From Planctomycetota bacterium (lineage in GTDB: Bacteria; Planctomycetota; Planctomycetia; Pirellulales; Pirellulaceae), in assembly GCA_039201055.1 (NCBI GenBank), contig JBCCRW010000001.1, positions 1-54,227 of the forward strand: a DNA stretch of 54,227 nucleotides, read 5' to 3'. Numbering within the stretch: position 1 is the first letter of the stretch; each line of letters begins with the position of its first letter. A program made the translations under genes and the position numbers. This document shows, in pieces, positions 20,124 through 28,927 of this stretch. The notes beneath the pieces are model-generated. The model was given only the letters and a program-made list of their open reading frames with translations. It ran no database searches and had not been told where the DNA came from.

Positions 20124-20182
20124 CGGTGCTCTGGCGAACAACGGATATATTGCAGTTCCGCGTTCTGGCGAACAGCGGCTAC
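20124..20182. repeat. Two co-oriented REP-like units, family A
   Basis: CCGCGTTCTGGCGAACAGCGGCTAC (20158-20182) and a degenerate copy CGGTGCTCTGGCGAACAACGGATAT (20124-20148). Confidence 0.75.
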
Positions 20183-20305
20183 GTCGACTGACGCACGGCA
20201 CCGATGCTTCCCGGCGAATAACCGCTTTGTTAACGGATTCCGAGCGTTTCAGGCCGTTTCCTTCGACTCGGAGATTCGAGCGACTTTCGGGGCCGCGATA
20301 GGGAT

Positions 20306-20893
20306 CTACGCTTCACCGACTTTTTTGACCACCTTGTCGATCAAGCCGTAATCTCGTGCCTCTTCGGCACTCATGAAGCGGTCCCGATCGGTGTCCTGTT
20401 CAATCTTTTCCAGCGTGTGCCCGGTGTGTTCGAGCAGGATTTCGTTCATCCGCTTCTTCACGCGACGCAATTCCTCGACGTGAATCTCGATCTCGCGAGC
20501 CGAACCCTGCATCCCGGCCAGCGGTTGGTGGATCATGATGCGGGCGTTGGGCAACGCGTAGCGTTTTCCCGCCGCTCCGGCGGTCAAAAGCGTCGCGCCC
20601 ATCGAAGCGGCTTGCCCAATGCAATAGGTCGCGACATCACACGACACAAACTGCATCGTGTCATAAATCGCCATTCCCGCGGTGATGCTGCCGCCGGGGC
20701 TGTTGATATAAAGATGAATGTCGGATTTGGGATCATCCGATTGCAGGAATAACATCTGGGCAACGAGCGCGTTGGCGATTTGATCGTCAACCTGTTGGCC
20801 AAGGAAAATGATGCGATCCTTGAGCAGTCGGCTGTAGATATCATAGGTCCGCTCTTCGCGGCCACTTTTTTCAATCACATAGGGAATGGGCAT
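20306..20893 (-). CDS. clpP: ATP-dependent Clp protease proteolytic subunit
   Basis: [48 protein letters not shown]. Confidence 0.97.
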   Translation of the reverse strand: MPIPYVIEKSGREERTYDIYSRLLKDRIIFLGQQVDDQIANALVAQMLFLQSDDPKSDIHLYINSPGGSITAGMAIYDTMQFVSCDVATYCIGQAASMGATLLTAGAAGKRYALPNARIMIHQPLAGMQGSAREIEIHVEELRRVKKRMNEILLEHTGHTLEKIEQDTDRDRFMSAEEARDYGLIDKVVKKVGEA

Positions 20894-20967
20894 TGTCGGA
20901 AACAAATTTTGGGGTGGATGGATGAGAAATGAAGCGTGGGCGTGGATTGGTGTTTGATCGCAGGCGA

Positions 20968-21630
20968 TCAATCATCGTCGTCATCGTCCCCGGGCGGCTT
21001 TGAAAGGATCTCATCCACCAAGCCGTAGTCGACGGCCTCCTGAGCCCCCAAAAAGAAATCACGGTCGGTATCCTTCGCGATTTCCTCGACCTTTTTGCCG
21101 GTGTGCCGCGAAATGATCTCATTCAGGACGTCTCGGTAGCGGAACATCTCGGAAGCTTGAATTTCGATATCGCTGACCTGTCCGCCGACACCCCCGAGCG
21201 GCTGGTGAATCATGACGCGGCTGTTGGGCAAGCAATGTCGTTTGCCCTTGGTACCGCCGACCAACAGCACCGCGCCGCCGCTGCACGCTTCGCCGACGCA
21301 GTACGTCGCCACGGGGCAACTAAGGATTTGCATCGTGTCATAAATCGCCAACGTCGCGGTGACGCTGCCGCCGGGGCTGTTGATATAAAAATGGATATCT
21401 TTGCGGCGATTTTCACTTTGCAGATAAAGCAACTTCATGACCAATTCGTTGGCGTTGCCGTAGTGGATTTCGCCCTGCAGGAAAACGATGCGGTTTTCCA
21501 ATAACAGGTCGCCCAGCGTCAATTGTCTTTGACGTTGGTAACTCTGGTAAGACGACGCCGCTTGCAGATCCGAACCATGGAGGTCGGAACCGACGGCGGC
21601 CATTTGTTTCGCAAACGCGGGATTGATCAT
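20968..21630 (-). CDS. clpP: Second Clp protease proteolytic subunit
   Basis: [44 protein letters not shown]. Start estimated at ATG 21630. Confidence 0.93.
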   Translation of the reverse strand: MINPAFAKQMAAVGSDLHGSDLQAASSYQSYQRQRQLTLGDLLLENRIVFLQGEIHYGNANELVMKLLYLQSENRRKDIHFYINSPGGSVTATLAIYDTMQILSCPVATYCVGEACSGGAVLLVGGTKGKRHCLPNSRVMIHQPLGGVGGQVSDIEIQASEMFRYRDVLNEIISRHTGKKVEEIAKDTDRDFFLGAQEAVDYGLVDEILSKPPGDDDDDD

Positions 21631-21949
21631 CGGGAGGCACCGCAACGTGGCGGTGAGGTTCGGGTCCTTGAAAGCGTGGCGAGAAACGCCACGGCACCGT
21701 CGTATTCTTGCGAAGGGCACCGGCGTGGCAAGCCGGGACGATGACACCGTCGATGGCTTTGAAGGGCCGGGATTCCGCCAGCACGGCCGTGGTAACGTCA
21801 CGAATTGGCCAAAGTTGTGAATTTCCGCAGAATTCTCGCTCGGATGGGTGGGGGAGCCCCGTGCCCGCAGATATCTTGATGCCCGACAGCAGCCGGTTTA
21901 GGAGGTTTGTACCGGTTAGGCAGATTACTGACTTTGAATTTGGATTGCG

Positions 21950-23428
21950 ATGAGCACCGCCGTCGTTGACCCGCCCGAGGCGGATTTCACGTCCGTCACG
22001 CGGCTTTTACCCGAGGATTTGGCGTCTCATCGCAGCAAAATGGCGTTCCGTTCGCCGATTCAGGAACGCAAGCTTGCGTTGCTGATGCTGGACCTGGTGG
22101 CCATCTTGTGCTCGGCCATTGCGGCGTTTGCCGGCTGGTATGTTCTCCGGGGCGAAGAGGCCGTCGGCGGGGTGATTTCCCAATTGGGTGAAAAGTGGTA
22201 CTGGGTCCCCCTGTCGATGACCGTTTGGCTGGCCGCTTTGTGGCTGGTCGACCTTTACGACGTCACAATCAGCGGCATTGGCGGCGTCCTGCTACCGCGT
22301 TTGGGACTGGCGGCGACATTGACGGTGGCGGTCTTTTTGTTCGGATACTTCTTTGCACCGCAATACACGCCGCGAACGTATTTTTTGATTTTTACCGCCG
22401 TTGCCGCCTTGCTGACCGGCGGTATTCGCAGCCGTTTTCATGAATGGGCGGAGCGTTCGGGGCCGATTCACCATGTTCTGTTCATCGGTGATCGCGAATC
22501 AGCCAGCGAACTTCAGTGCGTCTTCACGCTGCCGCATCGGCTGAAATTTTCGTTGCTGGCTTGGACAGATGAATCCATGCTCTCCAAGCTGCATTTTGAT
22601 CATGGTCCTCAAGGGCTGTGTCGTTATTCGCTTGCCGAGGGGATCAGCGAGATTGTCGTGCGGTCGCGGCAGGGCATCGAGGATGACGAGGTTTATCGGG
22701 CGCTGGTGGAATGCACCGCCAATGGGATTCGAGTTTCGTCAATGGCCGAAGTCTTTGGAAAACTCTCCCGACAGGTGCCGATGGAGTTTGTCGATTCCAA
22801 ATGGGTGCTCGGTGCGATGCAGGATCGTGCGTTGTTTTCCCGCGTCCAGCTTGGCGTCAAGCGATTGATCGATATCGCCGGTGCCTTGGTCGCGATGCCG
22901 ATCCTGGGCGTGATCACCATTCCCGTGATGATCGCGATCAAGCTGGATTCGGTCGGCCCAATCTTTTATCTGCAGGAACGAACCGGGCGGGCGGGCCGTA
23001 AGTTCTGGATCATCAAATTTCGCACCATGACCGACGACGCCGAAAAAGATGGCAAAGCCGTCTGGGCGAAAAAGGATGATGCTCGGATCACCAAGGTGGG
23101 CAGCTTTTTGCGGAAGACGCGGCTGGATGAATTCCCTCAGTTCGTCAATGTGCTGCGGGGTGAGATGTCGCTGGTGGGTCCGCGGCCCGAGCGTGAAGAA
23201 ATCGAAGCGGATCTGGACCGACAACTGCCGCATTACTTCATTCGCCGTTTGGTGAAACCCGGAATCACGGGTTGGGCCCAGGTGCACTACAAATACGGTA
23301 ACTGCCTGGCCGATAGCTTGATGAAGCTGCAATACGACGCCTATTACGTGCGTCACTGGACGATTTTGATGGACTTGTATGTGATGGTCCGCACAATTTT
23401 CATCATGGCCAGCCGCCGCGGGCAGTAA
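21950..23428 (+). CDS. Polyprenyl glycosylphosphotransferase (WcaJ/WbaP-like priming sugar transferase)
   Basis: N-terminal TMs; KRLIDI, IKFRTM, DARITKVGSFLRKTRLDEFPQFVNVLRGEMSLVGPRPE, VKPGITGWAQV. Confidence 0.93.
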   Translation: MSTAVVDPPEADFTSVTRLLPEDLASHRSKMAFRSPIQERKLALLMLDLVAILCSAIAAFAGWYVLRGEEAVGGVISQLGEKWYWVPLSMTVWLAALWLVDLYDVTISGIGGVLLPRLGLAATLTVAVFLFGYFFAPQYTPRTYFLIFTAVAALLTGGIRSRFHEWAERSGPIHHVLFIGDRESASELQCVFTLPHRLKFSLLAWTDESMLSKLHFDHGPQGLCRYSLAEGISEIVVRSRQGIEDDEVYRALVECTANGIRVSSMAEVFGKLSRQVPMEFVDSKWVLGAMQDRALFSRVQLGVKRLIDIAGALVAMPILGVITIPVMIAIKLDSVGPIFYLQERTGRAGRKFWIIKFRTMTDDAEKDGKAVWAKKDDARITKVGSFLRKTRLDEFPQFVNVLRGEMSLVGPRPEREEIEADLDRQLPHYFIRRLVKPGITGWAQVHYKYGNCLADSLMKLQYDAYYVRHWTILMDLYVMVRTIFIMASRRGQ

Positions 23429-23476
23429 TCGCCGCCGCGGGCAGTAATCGCCGCCGCGGGCAGTAATCGCCGCCGC
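23412..23476. repeat. 19-bp perfect tandem repeat (GCCGCCGCGGGCAGTAATC) x3.4 spanning the stop codon of the sugar transferase
   Basis: Copies at 23412-23430, 23431-23449, 23450-23468 plus a partial copy. Confidence 0.95.
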
Positions 23477-23593
23477 AAAGGGGGATTACCGAGGGCGTCA
23501 GAAGACCCTAAGCATGGCGATGGTTAAAAACCACCCGCAAGAGAGTTGGACTCGGCCCAGATTCGCCATTTTAACTCTCGCTTGGTTCCCAGA

Positions 23594-24214
23594 ATGCCTC
23601 GAAATCTTTCCGTCCACGGCCTGTGCTTCGCGCTGGCATCGCTCGCCTTCTCCTCGGTCTCGCAGGGACAAATCGTTGGCTCGACAGGCCATGCGATGCC
23701 GTTTCCAGCAGCTTCACCCCTCGTGATTGCGGCACCGTGCCCACCACTTCCATGTCCGCCAGTCCAGGCGTGCCCACCGCTTGCATGTCCGCCAGTACAG
23801 CCCTGCCCGCCGCTCGTCTGCCCGCCGGTGCAGCCGTGTCCGCCGCTGCAGCCGGGTTTCGGTTTTGGCCCCGTTTCTCCGGGCACTTTCGCCCCGCGGA
23901 CGTTCGGGATGCCCTCGATTCAATATGACCCGTGGATGATGTTTTTTTGTTTGCGTGATTGCCGCAACGCCAAGAACCGGAATTTGTGCTTCATTGCGTG
24001 TCGCGACGCAAACGCGAACTACCCCCAGCAACCCTACATGTTCGACCCGGCATGGTTGGAGCTTGAACCACCGCCCGGGTTGGCACGGACGACATCGGTT
24101 TGCCCAATCGTGCAGACGACATCGGTTTGCCCAATCGTGCAGACGACATCGGTTTGCCAGCCGCCGCCATGTCGACCGCGGCTGTTCAGTCGCCTGTTTT
24201 CCCGCTGCCGGTGA
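23594..24214 (+). CDS. Secreted cysteine/proline-rich repeat protein
   Basis: Signal peptide MPRNLSVHGLCFALASLAFSSVSQG; (CPPLxCPPVQx)3; CLRDC-x8-CFIAC; TTSVCPIVQ repeats; Arg-rich tail. Third-position variation among the CPP repeats supports coding. Confidence 0.7.
   Translation: MPRNLSVHGLCFALASLAFSSVSQGQIVGSTGHAMPFPAASPLVIAAPCPPLPCPPVQACPPLACPPVQPCPPLVCPPVQPCPPLQPGFGFGPVSPGTFAPRTFGMPSIQYDPWMMFFCLRDCRNAKNRNLCFIACRDANANYPQQPYMFDPAWLELEPPPGLARTTSVCPIVQTTSVCPIVQTTSVCQPPPCRPRLFSRLFSRCR
24088..24158. repeat. 27-bp perfect tandem repeat x2.6 encoding TTSVCPIVQ
   Basis: GACGACATCGGTTTGCCCAATCGTGCA at 24088 and 24115, partial copy at 24142. Confidence 0.93.
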
Positions 24215-27200
24215 CGGTGCGGGCGAGCCGAAATCCAAACGCCGCATCCGGTTCGTCAATCGGCCGAGGAAAAAATGCGACGGCGCAGGTGCCGGACTCG
24301 CCGGGACGCAGCAGGCATGCGACCGTGTTTTCAAAGGGCGGAACCACCCGGGGTTGGATCGGAGTGCTGTTGGGGGGCCCGGCGTTGTTGGTGGGCCCGG
24401 CATTTGTCGAGGCTTCATCGCCATGGAGCGCTTCATCGCAATTGCCGGCGATATCGAACAGCCCCGTGCGACTGGGCAGCCAACTGGCGACCGGTCGCGG
24501 CGGCGCGGCGGTCAGGCTGGTGTCGCGGTACCCGGCTCGAAGTTCCAAAGGAAGATTGCCAAACAACTCGCGATCCCCATCCACGTCCGCAAAGGCCGCG
24601 AATTGCCATTCCGCGACGGTCGGCAAGCGGAAGCCGTCGGCGGAAAAGTCGGCGGTCCAGCGGCGCTTAGACGTCACGTTGCCACCTTCAGCGTTAGCGC
24701 CCTGAATGTCGTTAGCCGGAATGTCGTCAGCCGGAATACCGTCAGTGGGCGCGTCGTCGATCGATGCGGAATCCGCCGCGACGGTTTCCAGACGATACAC
24801 CGGAGTATACCCCATTTGCTCGGAAAGCCAGTTGCAATAGTTCATGATGTCCACAAACGCATAGTGGGTCGCTGGCCGGAGTCCGGCCGATGAACCCGCC
24901 TGTTCGGCGGCGCCCGCGGCGGTTTCGGGGCCTTCAGGAATCGTTGTCTTGGAAGCCTTTCGAAACGCATCGACCAAGCATTGCGGCGTTTCGATTTGCG
25001 CGAGCCAGAAGTCCCGTTCGGGATGAGAAAATTGGATCATCACCAAACCATTGTCGAGCAGCTCGATTTGATGGGTCGCCCGCGGCCTGCACGCGGGCTC
25101 GATCAACGGCATGGAAAGCCATCGCTGGCAGGCGGCGACCAGCCCCGGCGAAGTCGCCTGCCGGATTCGATTCTTGGCCAGCCGTTGTAGCGGGCCACGG
25201 GGTAACGGACGCGTGGATTGATTGCAACGATGCCACAACGCGACCAACAAGGCAGCCAAGCGGTCCTGGTCATTTGGGTCGACGCTCCAGGATTCCGCGA
25301 GTTCCAACCAGTCGACCCACGTTCCCGAGTGTTGCGAAATCACTTCAATCGCCCGCAAACGATCCACCGCGGGATGATTGGGTCGGAGCGTTTGGGCGAT
25401 GGGCTGGGGGTCACCCAGTTGAAACGCAATGATTGCCAAACGGGCGGCGACGCGCGATTCGGTCTCGCGGCCGAAACGGCCCGATACCATCCAGCGAGCA
25501 CTGTCGCCGCCGCCGGAAAGGCCGTCGGCCAAAATCGGGATCGCGGGTTCGGGCAGGGTTCCCAGCGAGTCGAGCATTCGCTGGGCCCGCTGGGAATCCC
25601 AACCGGTCAGTTGCAACTGGGCCAGGTCGCACCGCCACTTCATTGGGGCGCTGATTTGAACGTCTTCGGGACCACCGAGCCCCACCGTATCCTCGATCGC
25701 GGCGACTTCATCGGCCGCCATCGCGGGGTCCAATTTCAGTAATTCCAGGGCGGCGGGCAGCGCCGCCGGCTCGACATCCAACCATTGCCGGACCCGGGCC
25801 TTGGCGACTTCGTGTCGGGTTCTGCCGCGATCGATCGAAACGATTGCGACGCTCGTTGCGGCGGCCAATCCGGCAGCCAGGGCGCGGAGAAAATATCGGC
25901 GTTTGGCCAAGTCGAACAAACGTCGCCGCGTCCCTGACAAATCGGACGAACGCAGGTGGCGTTGGAAACTTAGAAATTCAACAAAGCTGAGGACGAAGCG
26001 AGGATCACCGGTGCGTTCCCATTGTCCCGCCAGCTCGGCCAGGCGTCGTCGGGCCCGGCCCGCCGGGGTGGTGTCCAATCGCAAATCCAGCCATTGCCGA
26101 ATTGCCGGCACCAAAAAATCGTGCGTCAATTGAAACCGCCAATGCCCATGCCGGTCCCCAAGCGACGACGGCTGGCGCGGCGTGTCCGATGCGTCAGCGG
26201 CGGTCTCGGGTGCAGCAGCATGTCTGGTTTTGGTGACGCGTGAATCCACCGGTGTAATGATCTGTAACTGATTGTCCAGCGTTGAAATCAAACGGTGCAA
26301 GTCCTTGGGGCGTTCGGCCCAGCCCAGACGGTTGGCGATTTCTTCAAGCGTCTTGCCCTGGCCCTTGATGGCTTGGCCCTTGATGGCTTGGCCCGCGATG
26401 CCTTGGGTTGCGATGCCTTGGTCTTTCGCGCCCTGGTCTGCGGTGCCTGCCTGCGACGCCGATGGCGTGATGTCGGATTGCAGCGTGTCGGGAAGCAGCA
26501 TTTCCAGCACCTCGGCGACCTCGGCCTCCATGCTGCGATGACTGGGGTTGGCCAGCGTCGAGGAAAATGTCTGCTGCAAGAATCGGACACCGATTTCCCG
26601 CATGCCGCCAAGACCACGAAGGGTATCGGCGGTCCATGGCTGGTCCCGAATGGTTTGCGTCAGCAGTGCCAAACGTACCGCCTCGATACCCTCGCCGGTA
26701 TCGAGCTGCCGCACCGCCTCGGCAACAAACGCCCGCCTGACATTCCTGCCGGCGCGGCGATGCGACCATTTCCCAAGGGCTTCGCCAAACGATTCGAGTA
26801 CGCGTTTGGCATGATCGCGTTGAAACAACGCGACGGGAAGGAAATTACGTTCTTCGACAATCAACAAATCCAATTCGCGAAAGAACCGGGTTGCCGACAT
26901 GAAGAAGTCACTGCGAACCAAAAACAATGCCTGCACGACAAGGCCATCGCATTGACGCATGGCACGGACCAGGTCGTTGTCGAAGTCGATTTCCGCCGCA
27001 TGCAACCATTGTTCGAATTGATCGACGACCAACAAAACTTTTTGTCCCAAGCCGACCCAACGGGATTCACGCAATCCGGCCAGAATTTCCTCCAGTGGCA
27101 ATTGGCTTGGGATCTCGGGAAAGGCGCGGCACAAACGATCGCGTAGTTCGTCCAGCGTCGTTGCGGGTGTCGCGCTGATGCTGATCGGCGTCACCGAGGC

Positions 27201-28772
27201 GGGTAAACGGGGCAGCACGGCGGCGTGGACCAGCGACGATTTCCCGCAACCGCTGGGTCCACAAATCAGGCCGCACGGTTCGGCCCGGTCGGCGCTTCGG
27301 TTGCCTGCCCAATCGACCCAATAGCGAACATTCACTGGCACCCCACGACGGTCTTTGGGGCCGGGCAACAGGTGCAAGAAAACGCCTTGATCCGCCGGCC
27401 CAAACGCGTTCAAACCACGTGGCAAAATCGCGATGGGTTGGGAATGGCCCCGCGACGCCGAATCACTGGTAGAGGTCCCGCCGGGAAGCGTCGAATCGGG
27501 TTCGGACGTTCCGCCCTCGGTCGTCCTGTCGATGCCGCTGGCCCCATCGATGCCGGTCGCCCCATCGGTGCCGATCGCGGTATCGCTACCGGTCGCCCCG
27601 CGCTTGCCACCGGCGACGTCGCTGCCGCCGGCGTGATCGCTGCCGCTTCGTGAGTCCCTACCGGGTGATGAACCGGAACCCGACCGCGAGCCAATTCGAC
27701 CACCCGGCTCCGGTGCATGTTCTAGCCAATGCCGCAATTCCTCTTCCAGATCGGATGCCGTGGCGTAACGTTCACGAACCGGCTTTGCCAAGCACCGCAA
27801 ACAAATGCGTTGCAATTCCCGCGGCGCATGAGGTTGCAATTGTCGTGGCGGCCGCGGATCCTCCGAACAAATTTTCTTGCCGGTTGCGGCCCGGTCCGAG
27901 CCTTCGAAGGGTCGCCTGCCGGTGATGCATTCATACAAGATAACGCCCAAAGCCCAGATGTCGCTGCGGCCGTCGAGTCGATGCGATTCACCGCGAACCT
28001 GTTCGGGCGACATGTACATCAAGGTCCCGACGACCTGACCGGCCATCCGCTCCTGCTGGCTTTGGTGAACGGCCAACCCAAAGTCACAAACCAGTGGACG
28101 CCGTTGTTCACTGAGCAAAATGTTGCTGGGCTTCAGGTCTCGGTGGATGACACGGCACGTGTGCGCGTGGGACACGGCAGCGGCCACGTCGGCCAACACG
28201 GAAACCTGTTGGCCGAGCGAGAGTTTTTTTGCCTTGATCGCCTTCCGCAAATCGCCACCGGCCACGTACTCCTGCACCAAATACGGCATCTCGCGAAACA
28301 TGCCCACGTGAAAGATCGATACGATGCCCGGGTGAACCACGCTGGCGGTGCGCCGGGCCTCGTCGATAAATAATTGTTGGCTTCCCGGACGATCGGCCCA
28401 TTTTCGCAAGGGCAGTTTCAAGACCACCGAGCGTTGCACGGCTTCGTCAAACGCCAGATAAACGACGCCAAAACCGCCACCGCCGAGAAGTTTGACGATA
28501 CGGAAGTGATCGATCCTTTCAGGATGATCCCAGGCGACCCGGGTGGGCAAGCGTCGCGAGGATTTTCGCGATACGGACAATGATTCCGATGAGGTCCACG
28601 AATCGGTCGCCGGGTCGACACCCTGGACCTCGGTTTTCCCGGCCGACCGGCCCTTTGAGGTGGCAGCCGACTGGTCCTTCGAGGTGCCGGCCGACTGGCC
28701 CTTCGAGAGGCCATCGGTGGGCAAACCGGATGGACTCGAAGACTCGCGTGTAGCGTCGGAATCGTTGTCCAA
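24186..28772 (-). CDS. Ser/Thr protein kinase fused to STAND-type P-loop NTPase, TM helix and C-terminal FGE/sulfatase-modifying-factor-like domain
   Basis: Kinase: GGGGFGVVY, VVLK, HRDLKPSN, DFG, YMSPEQ, SDIWALG. NTPase: GPSGCGKSS, LLVVDQFEQ, LTHDFLV. FGE-like: YCNWLSE, GFRLPTVAEWQFAA, GLFDIAGN, FGFRLAR. Start taken at TTG 28772 because the upstream ORF extension is REP sequence. Confidence 0.88.
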   Translation of the reverse strand: MDNDSDATRESSSPSGLPTDGLSKGQSAGTSKDQSAATSKGRSAGKTEVQGVDPATDSWTSSESLSVSRKSSRRLPTRVAWDHPERIDHFRIVKLLGGGGFGVVYLAFDEAVQRSVVLKLPLRKWADRPGSQQLFIDEARRTASVVHPGIVSIFHVGMFREMPYLVQEYVAGGDLRKAIKAKKLSLGQQVSVLADVAAAVSHAHTCRVIHRDLKPSNILLSEQRRPLVCDFGLAVHQSQQERMAGQVVGTLMYMSPEQVRGESHRLDGRSDIWALGVILYECITGRRPFEGSDRAATGKKICSEDPRPPRQLQPHAPRELQRICLRCLAKPVRERYATASDLEEELRHWLEHAPEPGGRIGSRSGSGSSPGRDSRSGSDHAGGSDVAGGKRGATGSDTAIGTDGATGIDGASGIDRTTEGGTSEPDSTLPGGTSTSDSASRGHSQPIAILPRGLNAFGPADQGVFLHLLPGPKDRRGVPVNVRYWVDWAGNRSADRAEPCGLICGPSGCGKSSLVHAAVLPRLPASVTPISISATPATTLDELRDRLCRAFPEIPSQLPLEEILAGLRESRWVGLGQKVLLVVDQFEQWLHAAEIDFDNDLVRAMRQCDGLVVQALFLVRSDFFMSATRFFRELDLLIVEERNFLPVALFQRDHAKRVLESFGEALGKWSHRRAGRNVRRAFVAEAVRQLDTGEGIEAVRLALLTQTIRDQPWTADTLRGLGGMREIGVRFLQQTFSSTLANPSHRSMEAEVAEVLEMLLPDTLQSDITPSASQAGTADQGAKDQGIATQGIAGQAIKGQAIKGQGKTLEEIANRLGWAERPKDLHRLISTLDNQLQIITPVDSRVTKTRHAAAPETAADASDTPRQPSSLGDRHGHWRFQLTHDFLVPAIRQWLDLRLDTTPAGRARRRLAELAGQWERTGDPRFVLSFVEFLSFQRHLRSSDLSGTRRRLFDLAKRRYFLRALAAGLAAATSVAIVSIDRGRTRHEVAKARVRQWLDVEPAALPAALELLKLDPAMAADEVAAIEDTVGLGGPEDVQISAPMKWRCDLAQLQLTGWDSQRAQRMLDSLGTLPEPAIPILADGLSGGGDSARWMVSGRFGRETESRVAARLAIIAFQLGDPQPIAQTLRPNHPAVDRLRAIEVISQHSGTWVDWLELAESWSVDPNDQDRLAALLVALWHRCNQSTRPLPRGPLQRLAKNRIRQATSPGLVAACQRWLSMPLIEPACRPRATHQIELLDNGLVMIQFSHPERDFWLAQIETPQCLVDAFRKASKTTIPEGPETAAGAAEQAGSSAGLRPATHYAFVDIMNYCNWLSEQMGYTPVYRLETVAADSASIDDAPTDGIPADDIPANDIQGANAEGGNVTSKRRWTADFSADGFRLPTVAEWQFAAFADVDGDRELFGNLPLELRAGYRDTSLTAAPPRPVASWLPSRTGLFDIAGNCDEALHGDEASTNAGPTNNAGPPNSTPIQPRVVPPFENTVACLLRPGESGTCAVAFFPRPIDEPDAAFGFRLARTVTGSGKTGD

Positions 28773-28807
28773 GGCGACAAGGGGGATTGGCCGGGTGCGG
28801 TTGGATG

Positions 28808-28907
28808 GTAGCTGGCTTTCGCCAAAAGCCGAAAATCGCGGGCGTTTCCGTGTTCTGGCGAACAACGGCTACGTTCTGGCGAACAACGGCTACGTTCTGG
28901 CGAACAA
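28808..28907. repeat. REP-like doublet (family A) with 21-bp tandem amplification
   Basis: GTAGCTGGCTTTCGCCAAAAGCCG (28808-28831) facing GTTCTGGCGAACAACGGCTAC x2.7 (28852-28907). Confidence 0.88.
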
Positions 28908-28927
28908 ACGAAAGGGGTGCGGTCCAC

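Noticed and set aside
23955-24893. 312-aa plus-strand ORF with HRFAQSCRR repeats
   Set aside because: Alternative frame of the 27-bp repeat and antisense to the kinase FGE domain.
28773-28865. N-terminal extension of the kinase ORF
   Set aside because: Largely composed of REP doublet sequence, so probably not translated.
28852-28907. 21-bp repeats as a possible CRISPR array
   Set aside because: Head-to-tail copies with no spacers and no cas genes; they match the dispersed REP-like family A.
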